Below are positions 49,494-58,453 of a stretch of 64,000 nucleotides of DNA, one piece after another; position 1 is the stretch's first letter, and each line of letters begins with the position of its first letter. Location: contig CAMGZM010000007.1 of the NCBI GenBank assembly GCA_946183145.1, forward strand, positions 33,412 to 97,411, in the 5' to 3' direction. The position numbers were made by a program, and so were the translations under genes. Below the pieces are notes generated by a model. It was not told the DNA's origin. It was given only the letters and a program-made list of their open reading frames with translations, and made no database searches. This stretch comes from an uncultured Fretibacterium sp. GTDB taxonomy: Bacteria > Synergistota > Synergistia > Synergistales > Aminobacteriaceae.

Positions 49494-49622
49494 GCGGATT
49501 CGCTTCTGCTATCAAAAATGAAAAAATAAATCTTATTTCGTGTCTTGACTGTGAACAAAGATTTAGAAGTCTGGTAATTTTCCGCCTTCAAAAGGGTATA
49601 ATATTCTATAGAGGTGTTAATC

Positions 49623-50219
49623 ATGGACAATATATTTATTCCCGAAAAACTAGAGTCTGAAGAAAAGTTCACCGACACAGAAGAGATGACCCGCACAATA
49701 GGCATAAATCTTAAGCGCGCAAGACAGAGGCGGGGACTCTCACTCGACGAAGTATCATCACGAAGCACCGTAAGCAAAAGCATGCTGAGCGACATAGAAC
49801 GCGGTAGGAAATGCCCCACAATAGCCGTGCTCTATAAAATATGCGAGGGGATTCACGTTTCATTGCCCTCATTGCTCAAGAAACCAGACAAATTAGTTGA
49901 AGTCGTAAACAATCAGGAGCTTGCACCACATGACGGAGTCGAATTGCAGCAAATGTTCAAGTACGATGTTAATACGTCAATGGAGATCAACAAGTTCAAG
50001 ATTGCCCCGAACAGCGAAATCAAAGCAGAGTCACACAGCGAAAGAGTCTGGGAATACATTATGGTTGCTGACGGAATATTCACGCTCATACTTGACGATG
50101 ACGAGTACGAGATCGGAAAAGGCGAGGCAGTCCGTTTCCTCGCAAACAGAAAGCATACTTACGCAAACAGAACGGACAAAGATTTACTCATCTACAACAT
50201 CGTGTATTACGGCGGCTAA
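49623..50219 (+). CDS. XRE-family HTH + cupin-domain transcriptional regulator
   Basis: HTH ...RRGLSLDEVSSRSTVSKSMLSDIERGRKCPTIAVLYKICEG... plus a C-terminal cupin. ATG lies 7 nt after GAGGTG. Confidence 0.8.
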   Translation: MDNIFIPEKLESEEKFTDTEEMTRTIGINLKRARQRRGLSLDEVSSRSTVSKSMLSDIERGRKCPTIAVLYKICEGIHVSLPSLLKKPDKLVEVVNNQELAPHDGVELQQMFKYDVNTSMEINKFKIAPNSEIKAESHSERVWEYIMVADGIFTLILDDDEYEIGKGEAVRFLANRKHTYANRTDKDLLIYNIVYYGG

Positions 50220-50385
50220 ATGTTTCACAGTGCGTTAATCAACAAGGCCAGAAGGATAAAACCGGACGGCCTTCTTTTGTATGCAAAAAAAGTACGAACA
50301 TGCGCGGGATTTACTGACGCAATAATCAACATATTTGCGGTAATATGTATATCTCAAAAATTTTTTGCAAAGGAGCTGTAGCGTT

Positions 50386-50856
50386 ATGGGATCATATTCA
50401 GAAGAAATTGTAAGCGTGATCAGAGATTTTCTTGTCGGCGATGACTGGAAATTTGACTTTGACGAGGAACACGGCGTTTTCCGTTTCGGCGTTGGCATTG
50501 AGAGCAAGTTGAAGCACCTGAGATACTTGATACCGGTCAGGGATGACTCCTATGTCGTATACGCTATATCGCCTATGGACGCGGACTGCGACGACAAAAG
50601 CGTCATGAAAGAGATGGCTGACTTCATTTGCCGCGCGAATTACGGCCTCAGGAACGGGAATTTCGAGCTTGACATGACAGACGGCGAAATACGCTACAAG
50701 ATTTTTGTCGACTGCGACGGAATTATCCCATCAGAAGAAATCATCAAGGGCAGTATCATTATCCCGTCGGTGATGTTCGACCGTTACGCCGCCGGAATAC
50801 TTGATATTATGTTCAAAGGGTCAACAGCAGAAGAAGCAATAGCAAAGTGTGAGTGA
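50386..50856 (+). CDS. YbjN-domain (T3SS-chaperone-like) protein
   Basis: About 156 aa. The ...FRFGVGIESKLKHLRYLIPVRDDSYVVYAISP...RANYGLRNGNFELDMTDGEIRYK... pattern fits the YbjN family. Confidence 0.55.
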   Translation: MGSYSEEIVSVIRDFLVGDDWKFDFDEEHGVFRFGVGIESKLKHLRYLIPVRDDSYVVYAISPMDADCDDKSVMKEMADFICRANYGLRNGNFELDMTDGEIRYKIFVDCDGIIPSEEIIKGSIIIPSVMFDRYAAGILDIMFKGSTAEEAIAKCE

Positions 50857-50877
50857 AAAGCAAAAGAGCAAAAATTT

Positions 50878-50910
50878 CCCCTCTTGGTGAAAATGCCGGG
50901 AGGGGTTTTT
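50878..50910. terminator. bidirectional terminator between convergent ybjN-like and acyltransferase genes
   Basis: CCCCTC (50878-50883) pairs with GAGGGG (50900-50905), flanked by A5 and T5. Confidence 0.65.
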
Positions 50911-50919
50911 CTTATGCGC

Positions 50920-52025
50920 TTATTTCCGCATTAACTTGCCGGGATAAAATATGTATTCGATCCATCGCAGGCACTTCACATTTTTGTACAGCCATATTAC
51001 AGCAATAGGAAGCAATACCCCCGCTGAACATACAATCAGAAAAGCCAATGCCGGGCTACTTGAAACATACGCAGGCTGATAACGGCAGATAATATTCACC
51101 ATTACAAGCACATAATGATGAAGAGTAAATATTACCATGCTGTAAACTCCGCAGGTAACGAGTAAAGAGTTTCCTACATTCCAAGCGTAAAACATAATAA
51201 ACATTGCGAGGCTCGTAAATGTTGCAGCAGCAGCCACAGTGAAAACATTTCTCTGCCCGTAAAAGTATGACACTGAGAAAAATATCATTCCCGCAAGAAG
51301 AAATATTATTCCGTATAACGCTTTAGGATGACATGCTGACGTTACAATATTCTCGCGCCTTATGACAAAGCCTGCATAAAAATAAAGGCCGTAATACAGA
51401 AATACAGGGGCATTGTCCCAGAACAGCGGAGCATTCTCCAAAAGCAGTTGATAGGAAAAAAACGTGATTATCCATAGCAATGCCTGAAAATATCTGCTGA
51501 TATTCAAGTGTTCAAGCATAATGTGAATGACTTTGACGAAGAATAAAGCACTGAGAAACCAGCAATGATTGAAGCCGTAAAACGGGATTTTGAACAGTCT
51601 GCTTAATGACACATGATCAAAAATATTTGCACTGCCTAAATTGAGATTCTGCAAAATAAACTTTGGAAGCCACATTGCCAGAGAAAAGTAAATACACGGC
51701 AGGTATAAATCAACAACACACTTCTTCAGGCGAAAAAGTGTACCGGGAACTTTGCTCTTTATGCCTTCAGCGTACCCCGCTATTATAAACATAAACGGCA
51801 TATGAAAACTGTATATATACCCGTTAATCATGGCACTTACTTTTAACTCCAGTCCATAATCCGCTAATCTCATAATTACATGGCCGATTACAACAAGAAT
51901 TATCGCAAGCCCTCTCAGCGAATCAAGGACAGAATCCCGCCCATCGCCCTGAAGCCCTGAAGCCCTGAAGCCCTGAAGCCCTGAAGCCCTGAAGCCCTGA
52001 AGCCATTATGAGCCGTTAAACTCAT
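50920..52025 (-). pseudogene. acyltransferase family 3 (O-acetylase-type) membrane protein, frame-disrupted by an 8-nt repeat tract (phase-OFF in this sequence)
   Basis: The body ORF 50920-51873 is AT3-like with ~10 TM helices. The same frame continues upstream as GDGRDSVLDSLRGLAIILVVIGHVI (canonical AT3 N-terminus) into the repeat. The only RBS-linked ATG (52025) is out of frame with 7 units. Confidence 0.75.
51947..52004 (-). repeat. octanucleotide tandem repeat (plus strand CCCTGAAG; gene strand CTTCAGGG) x7
   Basis: Seven perfect units at 51947-52002 plus a partial cc. Confidence 0.95.
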
Positions 52026-52074
52026 TTGTCAACCGTTCCTTTCATGAAATTTTGCTTATGATTTTAGCATATAT

Positions 52075-53544
52075 TTATCGCGGGACTGCTCCGAGTCCAT
52101 ATGATATTCTCCGTTCGTAGCCGTCTGAAGGAATGTTGTAGATTTTCCCGTCAATGATGATTTCCGTTGAGCCGCCTCCGTCAAGATTGAGCGCGTAAAT
52201 CATTCCCTGACCCCGCAATATTTCCGTAAGCTCGCTTATTGTTGCGCCCGATGAGTGCATACCGTTGCGCCCGTCAACAGCAAGAAACACCCATGAGCCT
52301 TCAGCGTTTAGTCCCACAGCGGAACGCGGATGTCTCGCAGAAATTATCCCGCCCGTGAAGCTCTCTTCATAGCGTGCTGTTTCTCCGTCATCGATCAGCA
52401 TCGGCCCGGCCTGTATTACGTTCGTCATCTCAGGCCAGTAATTTGTATCTTCTGTAGCTTCTGCAACCGCGAAAATTGCTTCATCGTCTTCATTCCACGC
52501 AAGGCACCCCCGCATGTCATGAGGCAGAGTGAAATTCCTCCCGTTTACACGCAATGCGCCGATAGGGAATCCCTTTCCGCCTTTCAGAATCCCAAAGAAC
52601 CCCGCGTTTATTGCAGCCCGGATATTATTCTGTCTGTAAATCGCTGAGAGTGTACGCAGTTCCGTAGGGCCTTCACTTGACGCAACAGGAGCAATACGGA
52701 AATAGCTCGGATCTATCTTCAGCATTACCCAGAATCTAGGCACGACTCGTGTGTTAGGGTTGCTCATTGATGGGAGGACTCGTGTTGTGAGGCCGCGTGC
52801 TTTTGCGATCGATTCGAGCCTGCGTATGTCGTTGTAGTCTTCAAGTTTCTGGCTCCTCACGCTGTAGCTTCCGTTTACACCTGCTATGCTCACATCGTAG
52901 CCTTCTGATTTCAACGACGCTTTGAAGTAATCAGCCGCCGCTTTCGTCCTTATTCCGTCAGCAAAAAATCTCCATGTCGGAATCCCGGAAGGAACTCCCT
53001 CGCGGTGAATGTGAACTTGAAGCCCCTTCAAAGGATTGCGGATAACATCAAGCGTGAAATTTCTTGACGCATTTCCCAGACGCTGAAGAATTGTCCTCGC
53101 CTCGTCAATTGTGAGTTTGCTCGCGCCGGAAAATCTTTCGCCCTTGAAGTCTGCTGTGCTGAATATTTGCGGGTTCATCCGGGACGCTACAACTAAGCAA
53201 CCGCGATCGAACGGAGTCAGCTTCTTGTCGTCCGCAAAGCCTGAAGGGTAATCCGAAAAGAGTCCCGCCTCAAACGTAAGTCCGAGACTCTCAACGCACC
53301 ATCGCAGAGCATCACGCCTCGTTACAGGGCCGTCAAGTTTCGTGATTGTATCTGACACATAGCCCGTACGAAGCAAGAATCCGGGAGCGTCATTGTATGA
53401 TGCTTCGGGTGATTCGTCCCAGTTTATTCCGCGAGCAAGCAATAAGCCCGTGAGAAATTCATATTTCGTTACAGCTTGTGATGATGATGGTATGAGAATG
53501 ATTATTATGATTGTGATGATGAAACGCCTGAAAGTTTTTGACAT
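52075..53544 (-). CDS. exported phosphodiester glycosidase (DUF2233/NAGPA-like) family protein with a central SPOR-like segment
   Basis: 489 aa. Signal peptide. C-terminal ...ALNLDGGGSTEIII... motif. The middle region resembles a SPOR repeat (tentative). Confidence 0.65.
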   Translation of the reverse strand: MSKTFRRFIITIIIIILIPSSSQAVTKYEFLTGLLLARGINWDESPEASYNDAPGFLLRTGYVSDTITKLDGPVTRRDALRWCVESLGLTFEAGLFSDYPSGFADDKKLTPFDRGCLVVASRMNPQIFSTADFKGERFSGASKLTIDEARTILQRLGNASRNFTLDVIRNPLKGLQVHIHREGVPSGIPTWRFFADGIRTKAAADYFKASLKSEGYDVSIAGVNGSYSVRSQKLEDYNDIRRLESIAKARGLTTRVLPSMSNPNTRVVPRFWVMLKIDPSYFRIAPVASSEGPTELRTLSAIYRQNNIRAAINAGFFGILKGGKGFPIGALRVNGRNFTLPHDMRGCLAWNEDDEAIFAVAEATEDTNYWPEMTNVIQAGPMLIDDGETARYEESFTGGIISARHPRSAVGLNAEGSWVFLAVDGRNGMHSSGATISELTEILRGQGMIYALNLDGGGSTEIIIDGKIYNIPSDGYERRISYGLGAVPR

Positions 53545-53597
53545 TAAGATTTATCCCTCGCAATTATATTTTTCGTGAAACCTGTTATAATTCTCTC

Positions 53598-53740
53598 ATG
53601 CCCCTGCGGGTTCTCGTGATAATGATTACGTTCTGAGCCAACACTCGATTCTATTCAGGCAAAAGCCGCAGACTCAAATGTCTTAATTAGGACGGGTCAG
53701 AACACTCACTACACGGTTCTTGCGGAGGCATTTTTATTTT
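53598..53740 (+). ncRNA. candidate small structured RNA (rod-like; identity unknown, possibly 6S-like)
   Basis: Extended -10 TGtTATAAT at 53583-53591. 5' arm 53598-53618 pairs with 3' arm 53712-53731. Inner helix GTTCTGAGCC/GGGTCAGAAC. TTTTTATTTT follows immediately. Confidence 0.3.
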
Positions 53741-53822
53741 CATGATATTATATTCCCATTCACAAAATTAAAGATTAAAGACTGCATGATTATGATTCTA
53801 TACAGGGAGGTATAAATCGTTA

Positions 53823-54257
53823 ATGGCAAAAGCACAAAGAGTCCGCCGGATGAATGCGGATGATTTTGCTGATTTCTGTTTGAGTGCTACGGCGAGGGAA
53901 GTACAAAGCGCGTTAGAGGCCGGATCAGATTGGGACTCAAGAGCATTGATTTACGCAGCGTCAACAAACACAGACCCTAATGTGATATGGGCAATCCTCA
54001 GAGAAGCAACCGAATCAGGAGTCAGACTCATCAACGCACGCTCAAAAGACAGCAGGCAGACCGCTCTTCACTGGGCAGCAGGACACAACGACAACCCCGA
54101 TGTAGTGAGAGTGTTGATCTCAGCAGGAGCGGACGTGAACGCAAAGGATATTTACGGACAAACGCCGCTCGCAGAAGCCGAGTCAGTTCACCGAATGCGC
54201 TGGAAAGAAAACAGGCTGCAAGTTATCGAGATGCTGAAAAGAGCCGGAGCAAGATAG
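53823..54257 (+). CDS. ankyrin-repeat protein
   Basis: 144 aa. ...TALHWAAGHNDNPDVVRVLISAGADVNAKDIYGQTPLAEA... is canonical ANK. Confidence 0.8.
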   Translation: MAKAQRVRRMNADDFADFCLSATAREVQSALEAGSDWDSRALIYAASTNTDPNVIWAILREATESGVRLINARSKDSRQTALHWAAGHNDNPDVVRVLISAGADVNAKDIYGQTPLAEAESVHRMRWKENRLQVIEMLKRAGAR

Positions 54258-54278
54258 CAAAAACGATGGGGGGAATCT

Positions 54279-55049
54279 TCATATCAGTCCCAAATATCTG
54301 CAAGCCTTCAGGATTCCGCCCTCGTCAATGTCTTCACACACATAACTTGCCGCGATCCTCGCTTCCTCTGAACATACACCTACAGCGACTCCGATTCCCG
54401 CGTTCCTCAGCATGTCCGCATCATTTGGGCCGTCCCCGAACGTGATTACGTCAGAAATTTTTGCGCCGAGAGCCTGTATCATCATTTCGATTCCCCGCCA
54501 TTTCGTAGAGCCTGCGAATCTCGCCTCTGTGAAGCCGTGCATGATTTCGAGTCTTACGCCCTCAGGAGCTGAAAAGAATATCCCGTGCGACTCGTCAAGC
54601 ATACTATGAGGCCGCATTATGTAGCACATTGTTACGCGCTCAAGTTCACGCATTGGCCTTATGCAGTCATATCCCGCCTGATTGTTGAAGTATTCACGGA
54701 ATGAGTCAAAATCGTTGTCAGCGTACAAATATTTATCGCCAGCAGCCGCCGTTATGTCAGGAAATTTTGACGCTGTTTCACGGAATGAGGGTAAATATTC
54801 ATCGGGAAAATATGCCGTGTGAATCTTTTTCCCGTCAACAAAAATCTCTGAGCCTCCAGCGCAAACAAGATAATCAATCCCGAATGCTTTTGCGGTTGTC
54901 ATTGTGAGGAAGCCGGCGCGCCCCGTAGCAATCGCAGGTACATGGCCGGACTCACGCAGGAGATTTATTGCCTCTAACGTTTCGGGGGGAATATGAGGTT
55001 TGTTCTTGTGGCTGACGAGTGTATTATCGATGTCGAAAAATATATACAT
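54279..55049 (-). CDS. Cof-type HAD-IIB phosphatase
   Basis: 256 aa. MYIFFDIDNTLV (DxD), ...TGR..., and GDGPNDADM motifs. Confidence 0.85.
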   Translation of the reverse strand: MYIFFDIDNTLVSHKNKPHIPPETLEAINLLRESGHVPAIATGRAGFLTMTTAKAFGIDYLVCAGGSEIFVDGKKIHTAYFPDEYLPSFRETASKFPDITAAAGDKYLYADNDFDSFREYFNNQAGYDCIRPMRELERVTMCYIMRPHSMLDESHGIFFSAPEGVRLEIMHGFTEARFAGSTKWRGIEMMIQALGAKISDVITFGDGPNDADMLRNAGIGVAVGVCSEEARIAASYVCEDIDEGGILKACRYLGLI

Positions 55050-55052
55050 GAG

Positions 55053-55427
55053 CTACCCTTTCAGCCTTAACGCAAGCCCGGCAAAAACACGGTCAACAAT
55101 TTCTGACTCACCCGCTAAATATTGATACAGTTTCCCCGTCTCATCACGCCATTTACGTTTGAACGCGTCAGCAGGTACAACGCCCCCGCAAATCTCATCG
55201 CCGATAATCACGCAATCACGCAAAATATCTATCCTGTCAGCAAAAAATTCCCTCGGATTAATCCCCCGCGCAAGAAGATTTTTCGCCCCCTCGTGAATGT
55301 TCGTCAAAAGTCCCGGCCTTATCACGTCAACATTTCGCGAAAGGTCATATGTATTCTCAAACGTTCCGTAAAGTTTCACCGCGTAATCTCTTTTTCCCAT
55401 GTAACGCCCGCCGATTATCAGATGCAA
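55053..55427 (-). CDS. short CobU/CobP-like protein (adenosylcobinamide kinase/guanylyltransferase family, degenerate P-loop)
   Basis: 124 aa. GGRYMGKR in place of GxxxxGKS, and a C-terminal ...GDEICGGVVPADAFKRKWRDETGKLYQYLA... like the CobU C-terminus. Overlaps cobS. Confidence 0.45.
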   Translation of the reverse strand: MHLIIGGRYMGKRDYAVKLYGTFENTYDLSRNVDVIRPGLLTNIHEGAKNLLARGINPREFFADRIDILRDCVIIGDEICGGVVPADAFKRKWRDETGKLYQYLAGESEIVDRVFAGLALRLKG

Positions 55428-56173
55428 ATTATCACCCCGAAAAGCATAATCACTTCAGAGGCTTCAACGAACGCTCCGAGCAAATCGCCCGTTATGCCCC
55501 CGAAAATTTTTACGCATATTATCACGTGAATTGTTACGCACAAAATCATCATGGCCGGAATAATCTTTATGCTTACGACTGAGAGCAGCACGAACATCAT
55601 CAACAGTAAAATATTGTCGCGCTTGTTACGTGATGAGCCTAAAATCACCGCGAGGCCGTTTGATTTCGCAAATGGAAGATTATTGAGTATCATTGCCATT
55701 CCGAGCCGTGAATATACAGGTATAGTGAATAGTGTGAAGTGTGAAGTGTGAAGTGCAAAGAGTTCGGAGAATAATAACGTTTTGGCCATAAGGATTATCA
55801 CGCACGACATCACCGCAAAAGATCCCGCGTAAGTGTCGGATAAAATTTTGAGTCTCGTCTCCCTGTCCCTGTGCGAAAATATTGCGTCGCATGTGTCCAT
55901 TAAGCCGTCAAGGTGAAGCCCTCCCGTTAATGCGAGAGTCAGAATCATCATCATGAATCCGCGCAATAACAGCGAGAGTCCCGGCCATGAGAGAACACTC
56001 CACAACGCCGCCCATAACGCACCAAATATCACGCCGACAATCGGAAGCATTACGCAGAACCATCGCAGATTTTTGGGAGTCCATTCGGGAATCGGAGCAG
56101 GTATTATAGATATGAAGGATAACACTATGAGGAATGAATTTATTATCTTAAGCATAATGCTATACTCTATCAC
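55418..56173 (-). CDS. cobS: adenosylcobinamide-GDP ribazoletransferase (cobalamin synthase)
   Basis: 251 aa membrane protein with the ...GGLHLDGLMDTCDAIFS... motif. Confidence 0.85.
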   Translation of the reverse strand: MIEYSIMLKIINSFLIVLSFISIIPAPIPEWTPKNLRWFCVMLPIVGVIFGALWAALWSVLSWPGLSLLLRGFMMMILTLALTGGLHLDGLMDTCDAIFSHRDRETRLKILSDTYAGSFAVMSCVIILMAKTLLFSELFALHTSHFTLFTIPVYSRLGMAMILNNLPFAKSNGLAVILGSSRNKRDNILLLMMFVLLSVVSIKIIPAMMILCVTIHVIICVKIFGGITGDLLGAFVEASEVIMLFGVIICI

Positions 56174-56202
56174 TAATTCACATTGACGGGGGATTTAACG
56201 AC

Positions 56203-57312
56203 ATGGAACAAAGAGAGAAGCAAATAATCCGGGTCAGCATAATCGGAATCATTGCGAATGTATTTCTTGCGGGATTCAAATTCGCTGTGGGATTCTTTGC
56301 GCGTTCAGTCGCGATTATGGCGGACGCTCTGAACAATGCGAGCGATGTTTTGTCGTCAGTCGTAACGATAATCGGCACGAAATTAGCCGGGAGACCTGCG
56401 GACAAGGCTCATCCTTTCGGACATGGCCGTGTAGAGTACATTACGGCGGCTGTGATTTCTGGGATCATACTTTACGCGGGAATAACTGCGCTCATTGAGT
56501 CGGTGAATAGAATCATCTGGCCTGTTGCGCCTGAACATAACGCTGTGAGTCTCGGTGTTGTTGCGGCTGGCGTAATCGTGAAAATAGTGTTAGGGCGTTA
56601 CGTGAAATCGCAGGGTGAAAAATTATCGTCCGACTCACTGAAAAATTCGGGGGCTGACGCTCTCATGGACTCGGCTGTATCATCAACGACTCTAATCGGC
56701 GCGCTTGCGTTTATGTTCGCGGGGGTAAATCTTGAGGCGTGGCTCGGAGTGTTCATCTCATTCATGATAATCAAGGCTGCTGTTGATATGTTCATGGAGA
56801 CGACAAGCAAAATTTTGGGCGAACGTGAAGACAGCGAATTAACGAAAGCGATAAAGGAGACAATCTGCGAAACTGAAGGCGTTTACGGAGCGTATGATTT
56901 AGTCCTGACGAACTACGGCCCCGACAAGCTGATAGGCTCAGTGCATATTGAGGTTCCTGACACATGGACGGCGGGAAAAATTGACGAGACAAGCCGGAAA
57001 ATCATGCACAGAGTCGCAATGAAGAATCATATCGCGCTTGCGGCAATCGGGGTATACTCGCACAACACTACGGACAAGAGAGCCTCAGAGATTCGCGAGA
57101 ATGTTACGAGGGCGGCCATGTCGCAGAAATATGTATTGCAGGTTCACGGGTTCTATTTCAGCGCGGACGAGAAGACAATACGGTTTGACGTTGTTGCGGA
57201 TTTCTCTGCGCCTGATGCTGAGACTGTACACAAAGAAGTTACTCATGCTGTGAAGAAGCTGTACCCGGAATATAAATTAATGGTGCAGGTTGATTCGGAC
57301 TTTTCGGACTAA
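56203..57312 (+). CDS. cation diffusion facilitator (CDF) family transporter
   Basis: 369 aa. 6 TM helices with ...DALNNASDV... and ...HPFGHGRVEY... motifs, plus a C-terminal cytoplasmic domain. Confidence 0.85.
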   Translation: MEQREKQIIRVSIIGIIANVFLAGFKFAVGFFARSVAIMADALNNASDVLSSVVTIIGTKLAGRPADKAHPFGHGRVEYITAAVISGIILYAGITALIESVNRIIWPVAPEHNAVSLGVVAAGVIVKIVLGRYVKSQGEKLSSDSLKNSGADALMDSAVSSTTLIGALAFMFAGVNLEAWLGVFISFMIIKAAVDMFMETTSKILGEREDSELTKAIKETICETEGVYGAYDLVLTNYGPDKLIGSVHIEVPDTWTAGKIDETSRKIMHRVAMKNHIALAAIGVYSHNTTDKRASEIRENVTRAAMSQKYVLQVHGFYFSADEKTIRFDVVADFSAPDAETVHKEVTHAVKKLYPEYKLMVQVDSDFSD

Positions 57313-57328
57313 AGAAGGAGGAATAATT

Positions 57329-58154
57329 TTGCCGTATATAGCGATGAAGGATAACACGAAGATTTACTACGAGGAACGCGGAGAAGGTCAGACAGTATTA
57401 TTTTTGCACGGACTCAGCTCATCACATTTTGAGTTAAGGCCGTTCATGAAGAATTTTGAGGGCGAATATCATTGTGTCTGCTACGATCACCGGGGACATG
57501 CCGCTTCTGAGAGGACTCACAAGCACATGAACATTCACACGCTCGGGTCAGGACTTGCGCGAAATCATAGAGTATCTTAACCTGAAAGATATTCACATAA
57601 TCGGTCATTCGATGGGAGCAGCAACAATTTTCAGCTACGTGAATCAATTCGGCTGTGAGAGGCTCAAGACAATAACGGCGGTTGACATGACTCCGTATAT
57701 GCGTAATACAGTCTGGGAGGGCGGAATAGGACTCGGAAAATGGACGGATGAAGACTTCCTGACGGATATAGATATGATGTTTGACGACATTGGCGCGGCG
57801 AACTGGCGAATAATGACTCACCTAATGACCCCGGCAATGTCAGCGACCCCGAAAGAATATACGCCTGCAATGATGTCAATGTGCCGTGAAAATCTTGACC
57901 CGTTCACCGTCGCGGCCATGTGGTACTCACTTTTCAGGACAGACCAGCGTGAGGCAGTCAGCAAAATCACAGTGCCTTTTCTGTATCTCATGCCTGAAAC
58001 GCCGCTATACTCAATGACAACGGTTAATTTTTACCGCGATAACGTGAAGAATAAATTTGTGCTTGAGAATAATTTTCCCGGAACGACTCATTTATTGCTC
58101 ATGGAAAAACCGAATGAGTCCGCCGAATGCGTGAAAAAATTTCTGAGGTCATAA
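57329..58154 (+). pseudogene. alpha/beta hydrolase split by a +1 frameshift near 57545-57548
   Basis: ORF 57290-57580 carries the N-terminal part (VLFLHGLSSS...). ORF 57555-58154 carries the rest (IIGHSMGA nucleophile elbow). The frames join as ...NIHTLG|QDLREIIEYL at a GGG run. Confidence 0.7.
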
Positions 58155-58227
58155 CATGCACTACACAGAGCCATGACTGAAATGTGGCGTAATACTCCTA
58201 GCTTCAACAATATAGTATAATAATTTT

Positions 58228-58412
58228 GCGGTTAGCCGTTCCGCGTTACCAAAAATGTATAAAGTAATGTTGTGTCCTATTTAGGGTTATACAGTCCCTT
58301 ACGGGGCGTTGCTAGGGGCGGACTGACCACGCCTTTAAGAATAAGGATGCCTGTGTAAACGGGTGGAGACTTAAAATTATACTTCTTAAGAATCCCGCTT
58401 GGGAGGTTCAGA
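58228..58412 (+). repeat. copy A of a ~185-nt structured repeat (candidate ncRNA or mini-element)
   Basis: About 90% identical to the reverse complement of 61949-62134. TAGTATAAT box at 58213-58221, 7 nt upstream. Hairpin GCGG-TTAGCCGTT-CCGC at the 5' end. Confidence 0.8.
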
Positions 58413-58453
58413 CAGGAGTCCTTACTGGCCTATGCTACTATTGTGAAAAATAA

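Noticed and set aside
49448-49819. 123-aa minus-strand ORF
   Set aside because: It overlaps the terminator at 49461-49493, the promoter region and the 5' end of the well-supported XRE-cupin gene. It has no RBS or recognisable family.
58310-58412. Partial resemblance of the repeat core to known riboswitch cores: GGCGGACTGGCC resembles the SAM-I P2 region, and GGGTGGA / CCGCTTGGG resemble ZTP
   Set aside because: Only isolated short motifs match. The other invariant segments are absent (GCAACC and GGUGCUAA for SAM-I; the full GACUGGCG...CCGCCUGGGC arrangement for ZTP). The downstream genes do not fit those regulons.
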